Source: Convolutriloba macropyga (taxonomy: Eukaryota). Taken from it: a stretch of 64,000 nucleotides of DNA. The notes under the pieces were generated by a model. It was not told where the DNA came from and searched no databases. It worked only from the letters and a program-made list of their open reading frames with translations. Positions 12,301 through 27,200 of the stretch are shown here, piece after piece (positions within the stretch are counted from its first letter, which is position 1; the number at the start of each line of letters is the position of its first letter). A program made the translations under genes and the position numbers. The DNA is taken from positions 11,780,001 to 11,844,000 of the forward strand of contig NC_134470.1 of NCBI RefSeq assembly GCF_964194025.1. The letters run 5' to 3'.

Positions 12301-15300
12301 TTCTCCAGCTAAGACCATACTACGGAAAACACTATTCAAACCATACATACAATCCCATAACATATCAAAATTGGTTTTTATTTGAATTCTGCTCTAAATC
12401 AAATTATATTTAAAAAATCTTATCCGCTTCTAGGCAACAAAAAATAAATTTTAAAATTAACACACTATGAGACTACTCTGAGTTGAATTTTTTGTACCAA
12501 TTTTTGCTTGAGTTCCACAAGACCTCATCTGCCGGGGTAGTAAAATAAAAAAAAACAACGAGGCGCCAAAATTCTGAGGATTATTTTGATCTCAGAATTG
12601 ATGTAGGATCTAAGTTAAACTGAGCACAGAATTATATAAGATCACCGCTAAACTCAGCAGTGAGAATTGATTAACGCTAAGATTGTGACATTGTGATTTC
12701 AGATCAAAATTATGTAAGATCGGCGCTAAATTCTGCGCAAAAGTACATGAAATCAACGCAAAATCAAAGATAAACTATAAAAGATCTACTCTTAAAAAAG
12801 CAAAATTATACAATAGTGGTGGTGAATGCGTTGAATTTACGTAACATCTACGTTGAATTCAGCTCAAAATTATGTAAGATGAGCACTAATTTCAATGCAA
12901 AATTATGTAAGATGTATGCTAAATTCAGCAAAGCTATTTGAGATCTACTCCAAATTCATCAACGCAAAGTTATTTCAGACCAACGCTATATCATAAAAAA
13001 TCTACGCCCAATTCAACGCAATATTCTGTTAGATAAACGCAAAATTCAACGCTAAATTATGTGAGATCTACTCATAAATAATTGTGGCAAATTTATATAA
13101 TAGTGGCTGTGAATGCGTTGAATAGATGTAGGATCTACGTTATATTCAGCGCAGAATTATGTGAGATCAACGCAGAATTATGTAAGATAAAATTCAACTG
13201 TGACAATTGATCAACGCTAAGATTGTGAAATTGTAATTTCAGCTCAGAAATTTGTAAGATCGGTCCTAACTTCTATGCAAAATTATATGAAATCAACGCA
13301 AAGTTCAACGATAAACTACAAAAAGATCTACTCTTAAAAACGCAAAATTATGAAATATTGGGGCGTTGAATGCGTTGAATTTATGTAAAATCCACGTTAA
13401 GTTCAGCGCAGAAATATGTAGGCTTTACGCTAAATTTACCGCTACTTACGGCAAGATCATTGCAAAAGTATGTAAGATATACGCTAACTTCAGTAAAAAG
13501 TTATTTAAGATCTCTTTTAAATTAAACGCAAATTTTTGTAAGATCGAAACTTAACTGAACACAAACTAAAATAAGATCTTTGGCTAAGTTCAAAGCAAGT
13601 TTATATGAAATCAACGCGAAATTCAACAATATACTTTAAAATATCTACTCTCAAAAACAAATAGTTTTATAATATTGGCACTGAATGCGTTTAATCCATG
13701 TAGGATATACGTTGAATTCAACTCATGATTATGCAAGATGAGCGCTAATTTGAATGCAAAATTAAGTAGGATGTATGCCAATTTCAACATAACTATTTGA
13801 GATCTACTCCAAATTCATCAACGCAAAGTTATGTAAGATCAACGCTATATTATATAAAATCTACGCTCATTTCGATAAAATCTTCTATAAGATCAACGCT
13901 AGATTCAACGCTGAATTATGTAAGATCTACTCTTATGAACAAAAAATTAAGTATTTGTGGCGGTGATTGCGTTGAATTGATGTAGAATCTACGTTAAATT
14001 GAAAACTCAATTATGTAAGATCAATGATCAATACAGCTGTGACGATTAATCAACGCTAAAATCGTGACATTGTGATTTCAGCTCAAAATTATGTAAGATC
14101 GGCGCCAAAATCTATGCAAAATTATGTAAGATGTATGCTACATTGAACACAAAATTTTGCAAGATCTACACTTCAAAGCGCAAAATTATCTAAGATTGTG
14201 ACATCCAAGCTAAATTTACGCTAAATTGTAAAATCGACGCTAAATTTAAGTACCTATGCTATATTCAATGCAAAATTAGGCAAGATCTACGATAATTATA
14301 GCAGAAACTCTTGAAGGACTACGCTGAGTCATCAACGCAGTAATATGTATGATCAACGCTTTTTTAAATAAAACATACGCTAATTTGGACGCATTATTAT
14401 GTATGATCAACGCTAAAATCAACGCTAAATTATGTAAGATTGACTCTTAAAAACTCGTAATCATATAATATTGGCGGCCAATGCGCTGAATTTATGTAAA
14501 ATCTACGTTGGATTCAGCTCAAAATTATGTAAGATCGGCACAAAATTCAATGCAAAATTATGTAAGATGCTAATTTCAAGAAAGGTATTTGAGATCTACT
14601 CCGCAATTTTTTGTAAGATCAACACTTAACTGAACACAAACTTATGCAAGATCTACACTTCAAAACGCAAAAGTAATTTGCAACGTAATTTTATGTATTG
14701 ACAACGCTAAATTTTATAAAATCTATGCCAAATTCGACGCAAAATTATGTAAGATCAACGCTAAATTAAACGCTAAATTGTGTAAGATCTACTCCTAAAA
14801 AGATAAAAATATATAATTTTGGCGGTGAATGCGTTGTATTTACGTTAAATCTACGTCAAATTGGACAAAGATGTATGTAGGATCAACGCTAAAATTAACG
14901 CCAATTAATGCAACGTCATTGCAATATTATGTAAGATATATGGTAACTTCAACTCAAAGTCAACCAAGATATACTTTTTATTCTATGCAATTTTTTTAAG
15001 ATCAACACTTAACTAAACACAAAATTATGTAAGATCTACACTTCTTCAAAACGCAAAATTATCTAAGATGATTGCATCTAAGCTAAATTTACGCTTAATT
15101 GTAATTTCTACTCTAAAATTAAATGCCTATGCTTTATTCAACGCAAAATTATTTAAAATCAATGCTAAACTCAACAAAAAATTTTGAAAAATCTGCTTCT
15201 AAAAACAGAAAAAAAATATAATACTGGCGATGATTGCGTCGTATTTTTTTAAGATCTACGTTGAATTCAGCGCAAAGTTATGTAAAATCAGCACTAAAAT

Positions 15301-18300
15301 CAATGCAAAATTAGGTAAGATCTACGCTAATATAACAAAGTTATTTGTGATCTACTCCAAATTCATCAACGCGAAGTTATTTAAGACCAACGCTATATCA
15401 TAAAAAATCAACGCAATCTTCTTAGATAAATGCTAATTTCAACGCTAAATTATGTGAGAATTACTCATAAATAATGGTGGCAAATTTATATAATAGTGGC
15501 GGTGAAAGCGTTGAATTGATGTAGGATCTACGTTATATTCAGCGCAGAATTATTTTAGATCAACGCAGAACTATGTAAGATAAAATTCAACTGTGACAAT
15601 TGATCAACGCTAAGATTGTGAAATTGTAATTTCACCTCAAAAATTTGTAAGATCGGCGCTAACTACTATGCAAAATTAAATGAAATCAACGCAAAGTTCA
15701 ACGATAAACTACAAAAAGATCTACTCTTAAAAACGCAAAATTATGCAATTTTGGCGTTGAATGCGTTGAATTTAGGTAAATTCCACGTTAAATTCAGCGC
15801 AGAAGTATGTAGGCTTTACGCTAAATTTTCAGCTACTTACGGCAAGATGATTGCAAAATTATGTAAGATCTACGCTAACTTCAACAATGTTTTTTGAGAT
15901 GTACTCCAAATTCAACGCAATTGTTTTAAGATCAACTTTTAACTGAACACAATATTAATCATGATCTACACATCAAAACGCAAAAATTATCTAAGATTGC
16001 AGTATTTAAGCTAAATTTACGCTAAATTATAATATCTACGGTAAATTTATAAACCTATGCTAAATTCAACGCAAAATTATTTAAGGTCTACGCAAGTTCA
16101 TCAACGCAATATGATGTAATATTAACGCTAAATTATATAAAGTCTACGCTAAATTCGAAGCAAAACTAAGTAGGATCAACGCTAAAATCAACGATAAATT
16201 ACTGAAGATCTACTCTTAATAATGCAAAGTCATAAAGTGTTGGCGATGAATGCGTTGAATTTATTGAAAATCTAGGTTGAAGTTGGCGCAACACTATGTA
16301 TGAACACCACTATAATTAACGCAATTTAATGCAAGATCATTTGAAAATTATGTAAGATCTACGCTAACTTCAATACTAGGTTATTTAAGGTCTACTTCAA
16401 AGTCAACACAAATTTTAGTAAGATCAACACTTAATTGAACGCATTATACAAAATCTACACTGAAAAACATAAAAACCATCTGAAATTGTGTTAATTACGC
16501 TAAATTTACGCTGAATTGTAATGTCTACTCTAAAATTAGATACCTATGCTAAATTCAACGCAAATTTATTTAAGATCTACGCTAAATAAAACACAAAACT
16601 CCTTAAGATCGACGCTACTTCATCGACGCAGTTTTATTTTAGACCAACGCTAAATTAGAAAATATCTACCCTAATTTCAATGCAAACTTATGTAAGATCT
16701 GTGCAAATTTCAACAAAGTTTTTCAAGATCTACTCCAAACTGAACGCAATATTTTGTTAGATCAACTCTAATTTCAAGGTATTGCAAGATCTACATTTCA
16801 AAACATAAAATTGTCTAATATTAAGATATCTATGCTAAATTTACGCTAAATTGTAAAATCTACTTCAATACATCATTGCAATGTATCATCAACGCTAAAT
16901 TCAACGCAAAATTGTGTAACATCTACTATTAAGAAAAGAAAAACCATATATAATATTGGCAGTTGAATTTATGTGAGATCTACGTTGAATCCAGCTTAAA
17001 AATATGTAAGATGGGTGCTAATTTGAATGCAAAATTATGTGAGACGTATGCGAAATTCAAAAAAGCTATTTGAGATCTACTCCAAAATCATCAACGCAAA
17101 GTTATTTAAGATCAACGCTTTATAAAATGAAATCTAAGCTCAATTCGACGCAATCTTCTGTAAAAACAAGGCTAAATTCAACAATATATTCTTTAGGATC
17201 CCCCCTCAAAACGCAAATTTATTTCAAATTGGCAATGAATGCGTTGAATTTATGTCAAATCTACGTTAATTTAAAAGCAGAATTATGTAAGATGAACGCT
17301 AACTTCAGCTAAGAGTTATTTGTGATCTAATTTCAATTGAACGCAATTTTTGGAAGATCAAAACTTAACTGAACACAAAAATATGTAAGAATTTTGCTGA
17401 GTTCAACGCAAAGTAAAAAAAAATCAGCGCTAAATTCAACGATAAATTATGTAAGATCTACTCTCAAAAGCGCAAAAAATGAATTATACTGGCGGTGAAT
17501 CCGTTGAATTGTTGTAAATCTACGTTATTCAGCGCAGAATTATGTAAAATCAGCGCTAAATTTAAAGCCATTTTTTGCAAGATCATTTCAAAAATATGTA
17601 AGATCTACGCCAACTTCAGCTAAAAAGTATTTAAGATCTACTTTGAATTCAACGTAAATATTTGTAAGATTACGTAACTGAACACACAAATATGTATCAT
17701 CTATGGTTATTTTAACGCAAATTGATATAAAATCAACGCTAAAATCAACGATGAAGTATATAAGATCGAATCTTAAAAACGCAAATTGATATAATTTTGA
17801 GGGTGAATACGTTGAAATTTTGTAAGATCAACGTCAAATTCAGCACAGATTTAAGTAAGATAAACGCTAAATTTAACGCAATTTAATGCAAGATCATGGC
17901 AAAACTATGTAAGATCTACGCTAACTTCAACAATGTTTTTTGAGATATACTCCACATTCAACGCAATTGATTATAAGATCAACTCTTAACTGAACACAAT
18001 ATTATGCAAGATCTACACTTCAAAACGCAAAATTATCTCGAATTCTGATATCTATACTAAAATTACGGTAAATTGTAATATCTACGCTAAACTTAAATAC
18101 CTATGCTAAAATCGAAGCAAAATTAAGAGAGTTCTACGCTATTTCATCAACGCAATATTATGTAAGATCAACGCTAAATTTAACAAAAATTAATGCAAGA
18201 GCTTTGCAAAATTAAGTAAGATCTACGCTAATTTCAATACTAAGTTGTTTAGGATCTTCTTCAAAGTCACCGCAGTTTCTTGTAAGATCGAAAATTAACT

Positions 18301-18874
18301 GAAAACAAAATTATGCCAAATCTACACCTGAAAACAAAAAATAATCTAAGGTTGTGATATTTACGCTAACTTTACGCTGAATTGTAATGTCTTCGCTAAA
18401 TCTAAATGCCTACGCTAAATTCAACGCAAATTTTTTTGAGACATAGTTAAATAAAACGCAAAACTCTTTAAGATTGACGCTATTTCATTGGCGCAGTTTT
18501 ATGTAAGATCAATGCTAAATTGTATAAAATCTACGCTAATATCGACGGCAAAACTATGTAAGACCTATGCTAATTTCATCAAACTTATTCAAGAATTACA
18601 ACAAATTGAACGCAATTTTTTGTAAGATGAACTCCTAACTCAATAAAATGCACGAACTACATTTCAAAACGCAAAATTATCTAATATTGTGACGTATATG
18701 CTAAATGTACGCTAAAATGTAATATCTACGCTATTTCATCATCGCAATGTATCATCTATGCTAAAGTCAACGCAAATTTGTGTAGGATCTACTCTTAAAA
18801 ACTCAAAATTATGTATAATATAGGCGGTGAATGCGTTGAATTTACGTAAGTTCTACGTTGAAATCAGCTCAAAA

Positions 18875-19275
18875 TCATCATCGAAAAATGTTGTAATATC
18901 AACCCCAATTTATGTATGGTCTACGCTAAATTCAACTCAAAAATATGTAAGATCAATACAAAAGTTAACGCAAATTTGTGCAGGCTCATTGCGAAATTAA
19001 GTAACATTTATGCTAATTTCACTCAAAGTTGTTTAAAGTCAAATCTAATGCAACCTCTACGCTAAATTGAACTCAAAATTGTGTATGGTCTACGCCAAAT
19101 TCATCATCGAAAAGTGTTGTAATATCAACCCCAATTTATGTATGGTCTACGCTAAAGTCAACTCAAAAATATGTAAGATCAATACAAAAGTTAACGCAAA
19201 TTTGTGCAGGCTCATTGCGAAATTAAGTAACATTTATGCTAATTTCACTCAAAGTTGTTTAAAGTCAAATCTAAT
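18875..19275 (+). repeat. Local near-identical duplication (~175 bp, spacing ~226 bp) in the satellite
   Basis: TCATCATCGAAAA…GTCAAATCTAAT at ~18875-19048 and ~19101-19275. Confidence 0.8.
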
Positions 19276-21299
19276 TTCAACGCAGAATGTTGGAAGATCA
19301 ACGCCTAACTAAACAAAACATTAGGTGGGCTCTACAATTGAAAACGCAAAATTCGGAAAGATTATGATATCTATGCTAATCTTAAGCTAAATTGGAATAT
19401 CTAAGCAATATTAAAACACTTATGCTATATTTAACGCAAAATTATGTAAGGTCTACGCTAATTCCAACACAAAACTCCTGAAGATCCATAATTTAACTGA
19501 ACACAAAAAATTGTTAGATGTTTTCTAATTTCAGAACATATTTATATAGGATCATCGCTTAATTCAACGCAACTTTATATAAAATTAACGCTAAATTCCA
19601 CGCCAAATTATTTGATATCTACTCTCAAAACCGCAAAATTATACTATTTTGCCGGTGAAAGCGTTGAATTTTTGTAAGATCTACGTTGAATTCAGCCTAA
19701 AATAATGTAAGATCACGGCTAATTTCAATACAAAATTAAGTAAGATCTACGCTAATTTCAAAAATGTTTTTTGAGATCTACTACAAATTCAACGCAAAAT
19801 TTGTAAGATCAATTTCTTACTGGACACAATTTTATGCAAGCATTGCGCTCCAAAACACAAATTTATCTAAAATTGTGATATCTAATCTAAATTTACCCTA
19901 TTTTGTAATATCTACACTTAACCTAAATACCTCTGCAAAATTCAACGCAAAATTATGTAAGATCTACTCCAAATAAAACACAAAACACTTTAAGATCTAT
20001 GCTTATTCATCAACACAAAATTATATAAAACTAAATTCGACTCAAAAATATGTAAAACAAATGCTAAGTTCAACGCTAATTCATGTAAGATTTACTCTTA
20101 AAAACGTCAAATTATGTAATATTGACGGTGAATGCGTTGAATTTATGTAAATTATCCGTTGATTTCAGCGCAGATTTATGTAAGATCAACGCTAAATTTA
20201 ACGCAATTTAATGCAAGTTCATTGAGAAATTATGTAAGATCAACGCTAAATAAAACACAAAAATATTTAAGATCGACACTACTTCATCGACGCACTTTAT
20301 GTAAGACTAACGTTAAACTATATAAAATCTAGGTTAATTTCGACGCAAACTTATGTCAGATCAGTGCAAAGTTCAACGCTAAATGATGTAAGATCTACTC
20401 TTGAAAAAAGAAAATTGAGATAATATCGGCGCTGAATGCGTTGAATTTATTCAAGATCTACAATATATTCACCGCAAATTTTTTTGAGATCAGTTGTTAA
20501 AAACGCAAATAATAACGTTAGATCGGCGGTGGTCTTGTTGAGTTTATGTAGGAGCTGCGATAATTTCAGTCAAAATTGTGTAAGATCTACGCTATATTCA
20601 ACACAAAATTACGTAACATCAACATTGAATTCCACGCTAAATTATGTAAAATCTGCTCTTATAAACGCAAAATTGTAGAATTTTGACGGTGAAGACGTTG
20701 AATTTATGTATCATCTACGTTGAATTCAGCGCAAAATTATGAAAGATCAGTGCTGAATGCAATGCAAAATTTTGTAAGATATACGTCAATTTCACACTAA
20801 ATCTACGTAGGTTTTATATTGTAATATCTATTGTAATATCTATATGAAATAAATTACCTATGCTAAATTCCACGCAAATTTATGTAGGATCAACGTTGAA
20901 TTATACAAAACCTATTCTAAATTTGACGCAAAGTAATGTAAGATCAACGCTAAATTCACGCTAAAAATAATGTAAAATTCACATTTAAAATCGCAGAAGT
21001 ATATAACATTGTTAGTGAATGTGTTGACTTTATGTAGGATACACTTTAAATTCAGCGCAGAATTTTTCAGGATCAACGCTTAATTTAACGCAATTTTATG
21101 CAAGATCATTGCTAAATTATGAAAAATATACACTAATTTCAACTAAAAATTTTTGAAGATCCATTTTAAACTCAAAACAGTTTTTATTAGATCAACAATT
21201 ATCTTATAACAAATACATATAACAGCCTCGCTAAGTTCTACACAAGCATATTATGATCAACGCTAAAATCAACGCATAATAATTTAAGATCAACGCAAC

Positions 21300-24200
21300 A
21301 TAAAACGCTAAATTGCGAAATATCTGCTCTTAAAAACGCAAAAAGAGGCATTATTGTCAGTGAATCCGTTAAATTTATATAGGATCTACGCAAAATCCAA
21401 CGCAAAGTTATTTAAGATCTGCGCTTAATGCGACACAAAATTATGCAAGGTCAGAGGTTAAAAACTTAAAAACATGCAAGAGTGGCGTCGAGAGCGTTGA
21501 ATTCATGTAAGATGTATGTTAATTTCATTGCAAAATTGGGTAAGATTTACGCTAAGATCACTGCAAGAATATGAAAGATCAACCTTTAAATCCACGCTAA
21601 AATATGTAGTATCTACCCTTAATTACGCAAAGTTATATAATATTGGCGGTAAATGCGTTAATTTTTTGTAAAAAGTACGTTAAATTCCGCGCAAAATTAT
21701 ATAAGATCAGCGCTAAATTCACCGCAGGCTTGTGTAAGACCTAAGCTAATTTCAACAAAGATATTTGAGATCTATTCCAAATTCAACGCAAATTTTAACA
21801 GATATATGTACGATCTTCGCTAAAATCATCGCGAACATCCTACGATCAACGCGAAATTCAAGGGAAGTTTATATAAAATCCACGGTGAAATCGACGCATA
21901 ATAATGCAAGATCAACGCTAAATCAACCCTATTTTATATGAATTCAACGCTAAATTCAAAAATGAGTTAAGTAAGATTGATCTTTAAAAACGCAAAAATA
22001 TACAATATTGTCAGTGAATCCGTCGGATTTGTATAGGATCTATGCTAAATCCAACGCAAAATTATTTAAGATCTGCGCTTAACTCAACACAAAATTATGT
22101 AAGATCAGAGGTTAAAAACTTAAAAACATGCAAGAGTGGCGTCGAGAGCGTTGAATTCATGTAAGACGTAGGTTAATTTCATTGCAAAATTGGGTAAGAT
22201 TTACGCTAAGATCAATGCAAAAATATGAAAGATCAACATTTAATTCCACGCTAAAATATGCAGTATTTACCTTTAGTTACGCAAAATTATATAATATTGG
22301 CGGGGAATGCGTTAATATTTTGTAAGAACTACGTTAAATTCAGCGCACAATTATGTAGGATCAGCGCTAAATTCACCGCAGGCTTGTGTAAGTCCTATGT
22401 TAATTTAAACAAAGATATTTGATATCTACTCCAATTTCAACGCAAGTTATAACAGATATATGTACGATCTTCGATAAAATCATCGCGAACATCTAATGAT
22501 CAACGCCAAATTCAATGGAAGATTATATAAAATCTACGGTAAAATCGACGCATAATAATGTAAGATCAACGCTAAATCAACCCTAATTCAACGCTAAATT
22601 CAAAAATAAGTTATGTAGGATTGACCTTTATAAACGCAAAAAAATACAATATTTTCGGTGAATCCGTCGGATATATATATGATCTACGCTAAATCCCACG
22701 CAAAAATATTTAAGATCTGCGCTTAATTCAACACAAAATTTTGTAAGATCAGAGGTTAAAAAGTTAAAAACTTGCAAGAGTGGCGTCGAGTGCGATGAAT
22801 TTATGTAAGATCTAGGTTAATTTCATTGCAAAATTGGGTAAGATTTACGCTAAAATCAATTCAAAAATATAAAAGATCAACATTTAATTCCACGCTAAAA
22901 TATATAGAATCTACCTTTAATTACGCAAAACTATATAATATTGGCGGTGAATGCGTTAATTTTATTTAAGAATTACGTAAAACTCAGCACAAAATTATGT
23001 AAAACCAGCACTAAATTCAACGCAGACTTGTGTAGGACCCACGCTAATTTCAACAAATATTTTTGAGATCTACACCAATTTCAACGCAAATTTTAACAGA
23101 TATATGTACGATCTTCGCTAAAATCATCACGAACATATTATGATCAACGCGAAATTCAACGGAAAATTTTATATAATCTACGGTAAAATCTATGCATAAT
23201 AATGTAAGATCAACGCTAAATTCAACCCTAATTTATATGAATTCAACGCTAAATTCAAAATTAAAATATGTAAGATTGACTCTTAAAAATGCAAAAAGAT
23301 ACAAAATTGTCAATGAATCCGTTGGATTTATATAGGATCTACGCTAAATCCAACGCAAAAATATTTAAGATCTGCGCTTAATTCAAAACAAAATTATGCA
23401 AGATTAGAGGTTAAAAACTTAAAAACATGCAAGAGTGGCGTTGAGAGCGTTGAATTCATGTAAGATGTATGTTAATTTCATTGCAAAATTTGGTAAGATT
23501 TACGCTAAGATCAATGCAAAAATTTGAAAGATCGACCCTTAAATAAACGCTAAAATATGTAGTGTCTACACTTAATTAAGCAAAATTATATAATATGGGC
23601 GGTGAATGCGTTAATTTTATGTAAGAACTACGTTAAATTCAGTGCAAAATTATATAAGATCAGCGCTAAATTCACAGCAGGCTTGTGTAAGACCTATGCT
23701 AATTTCAACAAATATTTGTGAGATCTACACCAATTTCAACGCAAAATTAAACAGATATATGTACGATCTTCGCTAAAATCATCACGAATATATTATGATC
23801 AACGCGAAATTCAACGGAAGATTAAATAAAATCTACGGTAAAATAGACGCATAATAATGTAAGATCAACGCTAAATCAACCCTAATTTATATGAATTCAA
23901 CGCTAAGTTCAAAAATAAGTTATGTAAGATTGACCTTTAAAAACGCAAGAAAATACAATATTGTCAGTGAATCCGTCGGATTTATATAGAATTTATGCTA
24001 AATTCAACGCAAAATTATATAGGATCTGCGCTTAATTCAACACAAAATTGTGTAAGATCAGAGCTTAAAAACTTAAAAACATGCACGAGTGGCGTTGAGT
24101 GCGATGAGTTTATGTAACATCTAGGTTAATTTCATTGCAAATTTGGGTAAGATTTACGCTAAGATCAATGCCAAAATATGAAAGATCAACCTTTAATTCC

Positions 24201-27200
24201 ACGCTAAAATTTGTAGTATCTACCCTTAATTACGCAAACTTATTTAAAATTTGCGGTGAATGCGTTAATTTTATGTAGAAACTTCATTAAAATCAGCGCA
24301 AAATTATATAAGATCAGCGCTGACTTCACCGCAGGCTTGTGTAAGGCCTATGCTAATTTCAACAAAGATATTTGAGAACTACTCCAATTTCAAAGCAAAT
24401 TTTAACAGATATATGTACGATCTTCGCTAAAATCATCACAAACATATTATGATCACCGCGAAATTCAACGGAAAATTTTATATATAGTAGGGTAAAATCT
24501 ACGCATAATAAAATAAGATCAACGCTTAAAATCTACGCTTAATAATGTAAGATAAACGATAAATTCAACCCTAATTCATATGAATTCAACGCTAAATTCA
24601 AAAATAATTTATGTAAGATTAACCTTTAAAAACGCAAAAATATACAATATTGTCAGTGAATCCATCGGATTTATATAGGATCTACGCTAAATCCAACGCA
24701 AAATTATTTAGGATCTGCGCTTAATTCAACACAAAATTGTGTAAGATCAGAACTTAAACACTTAAAAACATGGACGAGTGGCGTTGAGTGCGATGAATTT
24801 ATGTAACATCTAGGTTAACTTCATTGCAAAATTGGGTAAAATTTACGCTAAGATCAATGCAAAAATATGAAAGATCAACCTTTAATTCCACGTTAAAATA
24901 TGTAGTATCTACACTTAATTACGCAAACTTATTTAAAATTGGCGGTGAATGCGTTAATTTTATGTAAAAACTTCGTTAAAATCAGCGCAAAATTATGCAA
25001 GATCAGCGCTGAATTCACCGCAGGCTTGTGTAAGACCTATGCTAATTTCAACAAAGATATTTGAGATCTACTCCAATTTCAACGCAAATTTTAACAGATA
25101 TATGTACGATTTTCGCTTAAATCATCACGAACATATTATGATCAACGCGAAATTCAACGGAAAATTTGTTATATTCTAGGGTAAAATCTACGCATAATAA
25201 TGTAAGATCAACGCTAAATTCAACCCTAATTTATATGAATTCAACGCTAAATTCAAAATTAAGTTATGTAAGATTAGCCTTTAAAAACGCAATAATATAC
25301 AAAATTGTCTGTGAATTCGTCGGATTTGTATAGGATCTACGCTAAATCCAACGCAAAATTATTTAAGATCTGCGCTTAATTCAACAAAAAATTATGTAAG
25401 ATCAGAGGTTAAAAACTTAAAAACATGGACGAGTGGCGTTGAATGCGATGAATTTATGTAACATCTAGGTTAACTTCATTGCAAAATTGGGTAAGATTTA
25501 CGCTAAGATCAATGCAAAAATATAAAAGATCAACCTTTAGTTCCACGCTAAAATATGTAGTATCTACCATTAATTACGCAAAATTATTTAAAATTGGCGG
25601 TGAATGCGTTAATTTTATGTAAAAACTTCGTTAAAATCAGCGCAAAATTATGCAAGATCAGCGCTGAATTCACCGCAGGCTTGTTTAAGACCTATGTTAA
25701 TTTCAACAAAGATATTTAAGATCTACTCCAATTTCAACGCAAATTTTAACAGATATATGTACGATCTTCGCTAAAATCATCACGAACATATTATGATCAA
25801 CGCGACATTCAACGGAAAATTTTATATATTCTAGGGTAAAATCTACGCATAATAAAATAAGATCAACGCTTAATATCTACGCTTAATAATGTAAGATAAA
25901 CGATAAATTCAACCCTAATTCATATGAATTCAACGCTAAATTCAAAAATAAGTTATGTAAGATTAACCTTTAAAAACGCAAAAAAATACAATATTGTCAG
26001 TGAATCCGTCGGATTTATATAGGATCTACGCTAAATCCAACGCAAAATTATTTAGGATCTGCGCTTAATTCAACACAAAATTGTGTAAGATCAGAGCATA
26101 AAAACTTAAAAACATGGACGAGTGGCGTTGAGTGCGATGAATTTATGTAACATCTAGGTTAACTTCATTGCAAAATTGGGCAAGATTTACGCTAAGATCA
26201 ATGCAAAAATATGAAAGATCAACCTTTAATTCCACGTTAAAATATGACTATCTACCCTTAATTACGCAAACTTATTTAAAATTGGCGGTGAATGCGTTAA
26301 TTTTATGTAAAAACTTCGTTAAAATCAGCGCAAAATTATGCAAGATCAGCGCTGAATTCACCGCAGGCTTGTGTAAGACCTATGCTAATTTCAACAAAGA
26401 TATTTGAGATCTACTCCAATTTCAACGCAAATTTTAACAGATATATGTACGATCTTCGCTAAAATCATCAAGAACATATTATGATCAACGCGAAATTCAA
26501 AGGAAAATTTTATATATTCTAGGGTAAAATCTACGCATAATAATATAAGATCAACGCTAAAATCAACCCTAATTTATATGAATTCAACGCTAAATTCAAA
26601 ATTAATTTATGTAAGATTAGCCTTTAGAAACGCAATAATATACAATATTGTCTGTGAATTCGTCGGATTTGTATAGGATCTACGCTAAATCCAACGCAAA
26701 ATTATTTAAGATCTGCGCTTAATTCAACACAAAATTATGTAGGATCAGAGGTTAAAAACTTAAAAACATTGACGAGTGGCGTTCAGTGCGATGAATTTAT
26801 GTAACATCTAGGTTAATTTCATTGCAAAATTGGGTAAGATTTACGCTAAGATCAATGCAAAAATATAAAAGATCAACCTTTAATTCCACGCTAAAATATG
26901 TAGTATCTACCATTAATTACGCAAAATTATTTAAAATTGGCCGTGAATGCGTTAATTTTATGTAAAGACTTCGTTAAAATCAACGCAAAATTATGCAAGA
27001 TCAGCGCTGAATTCACCGCAGGCTTGTGTAAGACCTATGTTAATTTCAACAAAGATATTTGAGATCTACTCCAATTTCAACGCAAATTTTAACAGATATA
27101 TGTACGATCTTCGCTTAAATCATCACGAACATATTATGATCAACGCGAAATTCAACGGAAAATTTGTTATATTCTAGGGTAAAATCTACGCATAATAATG

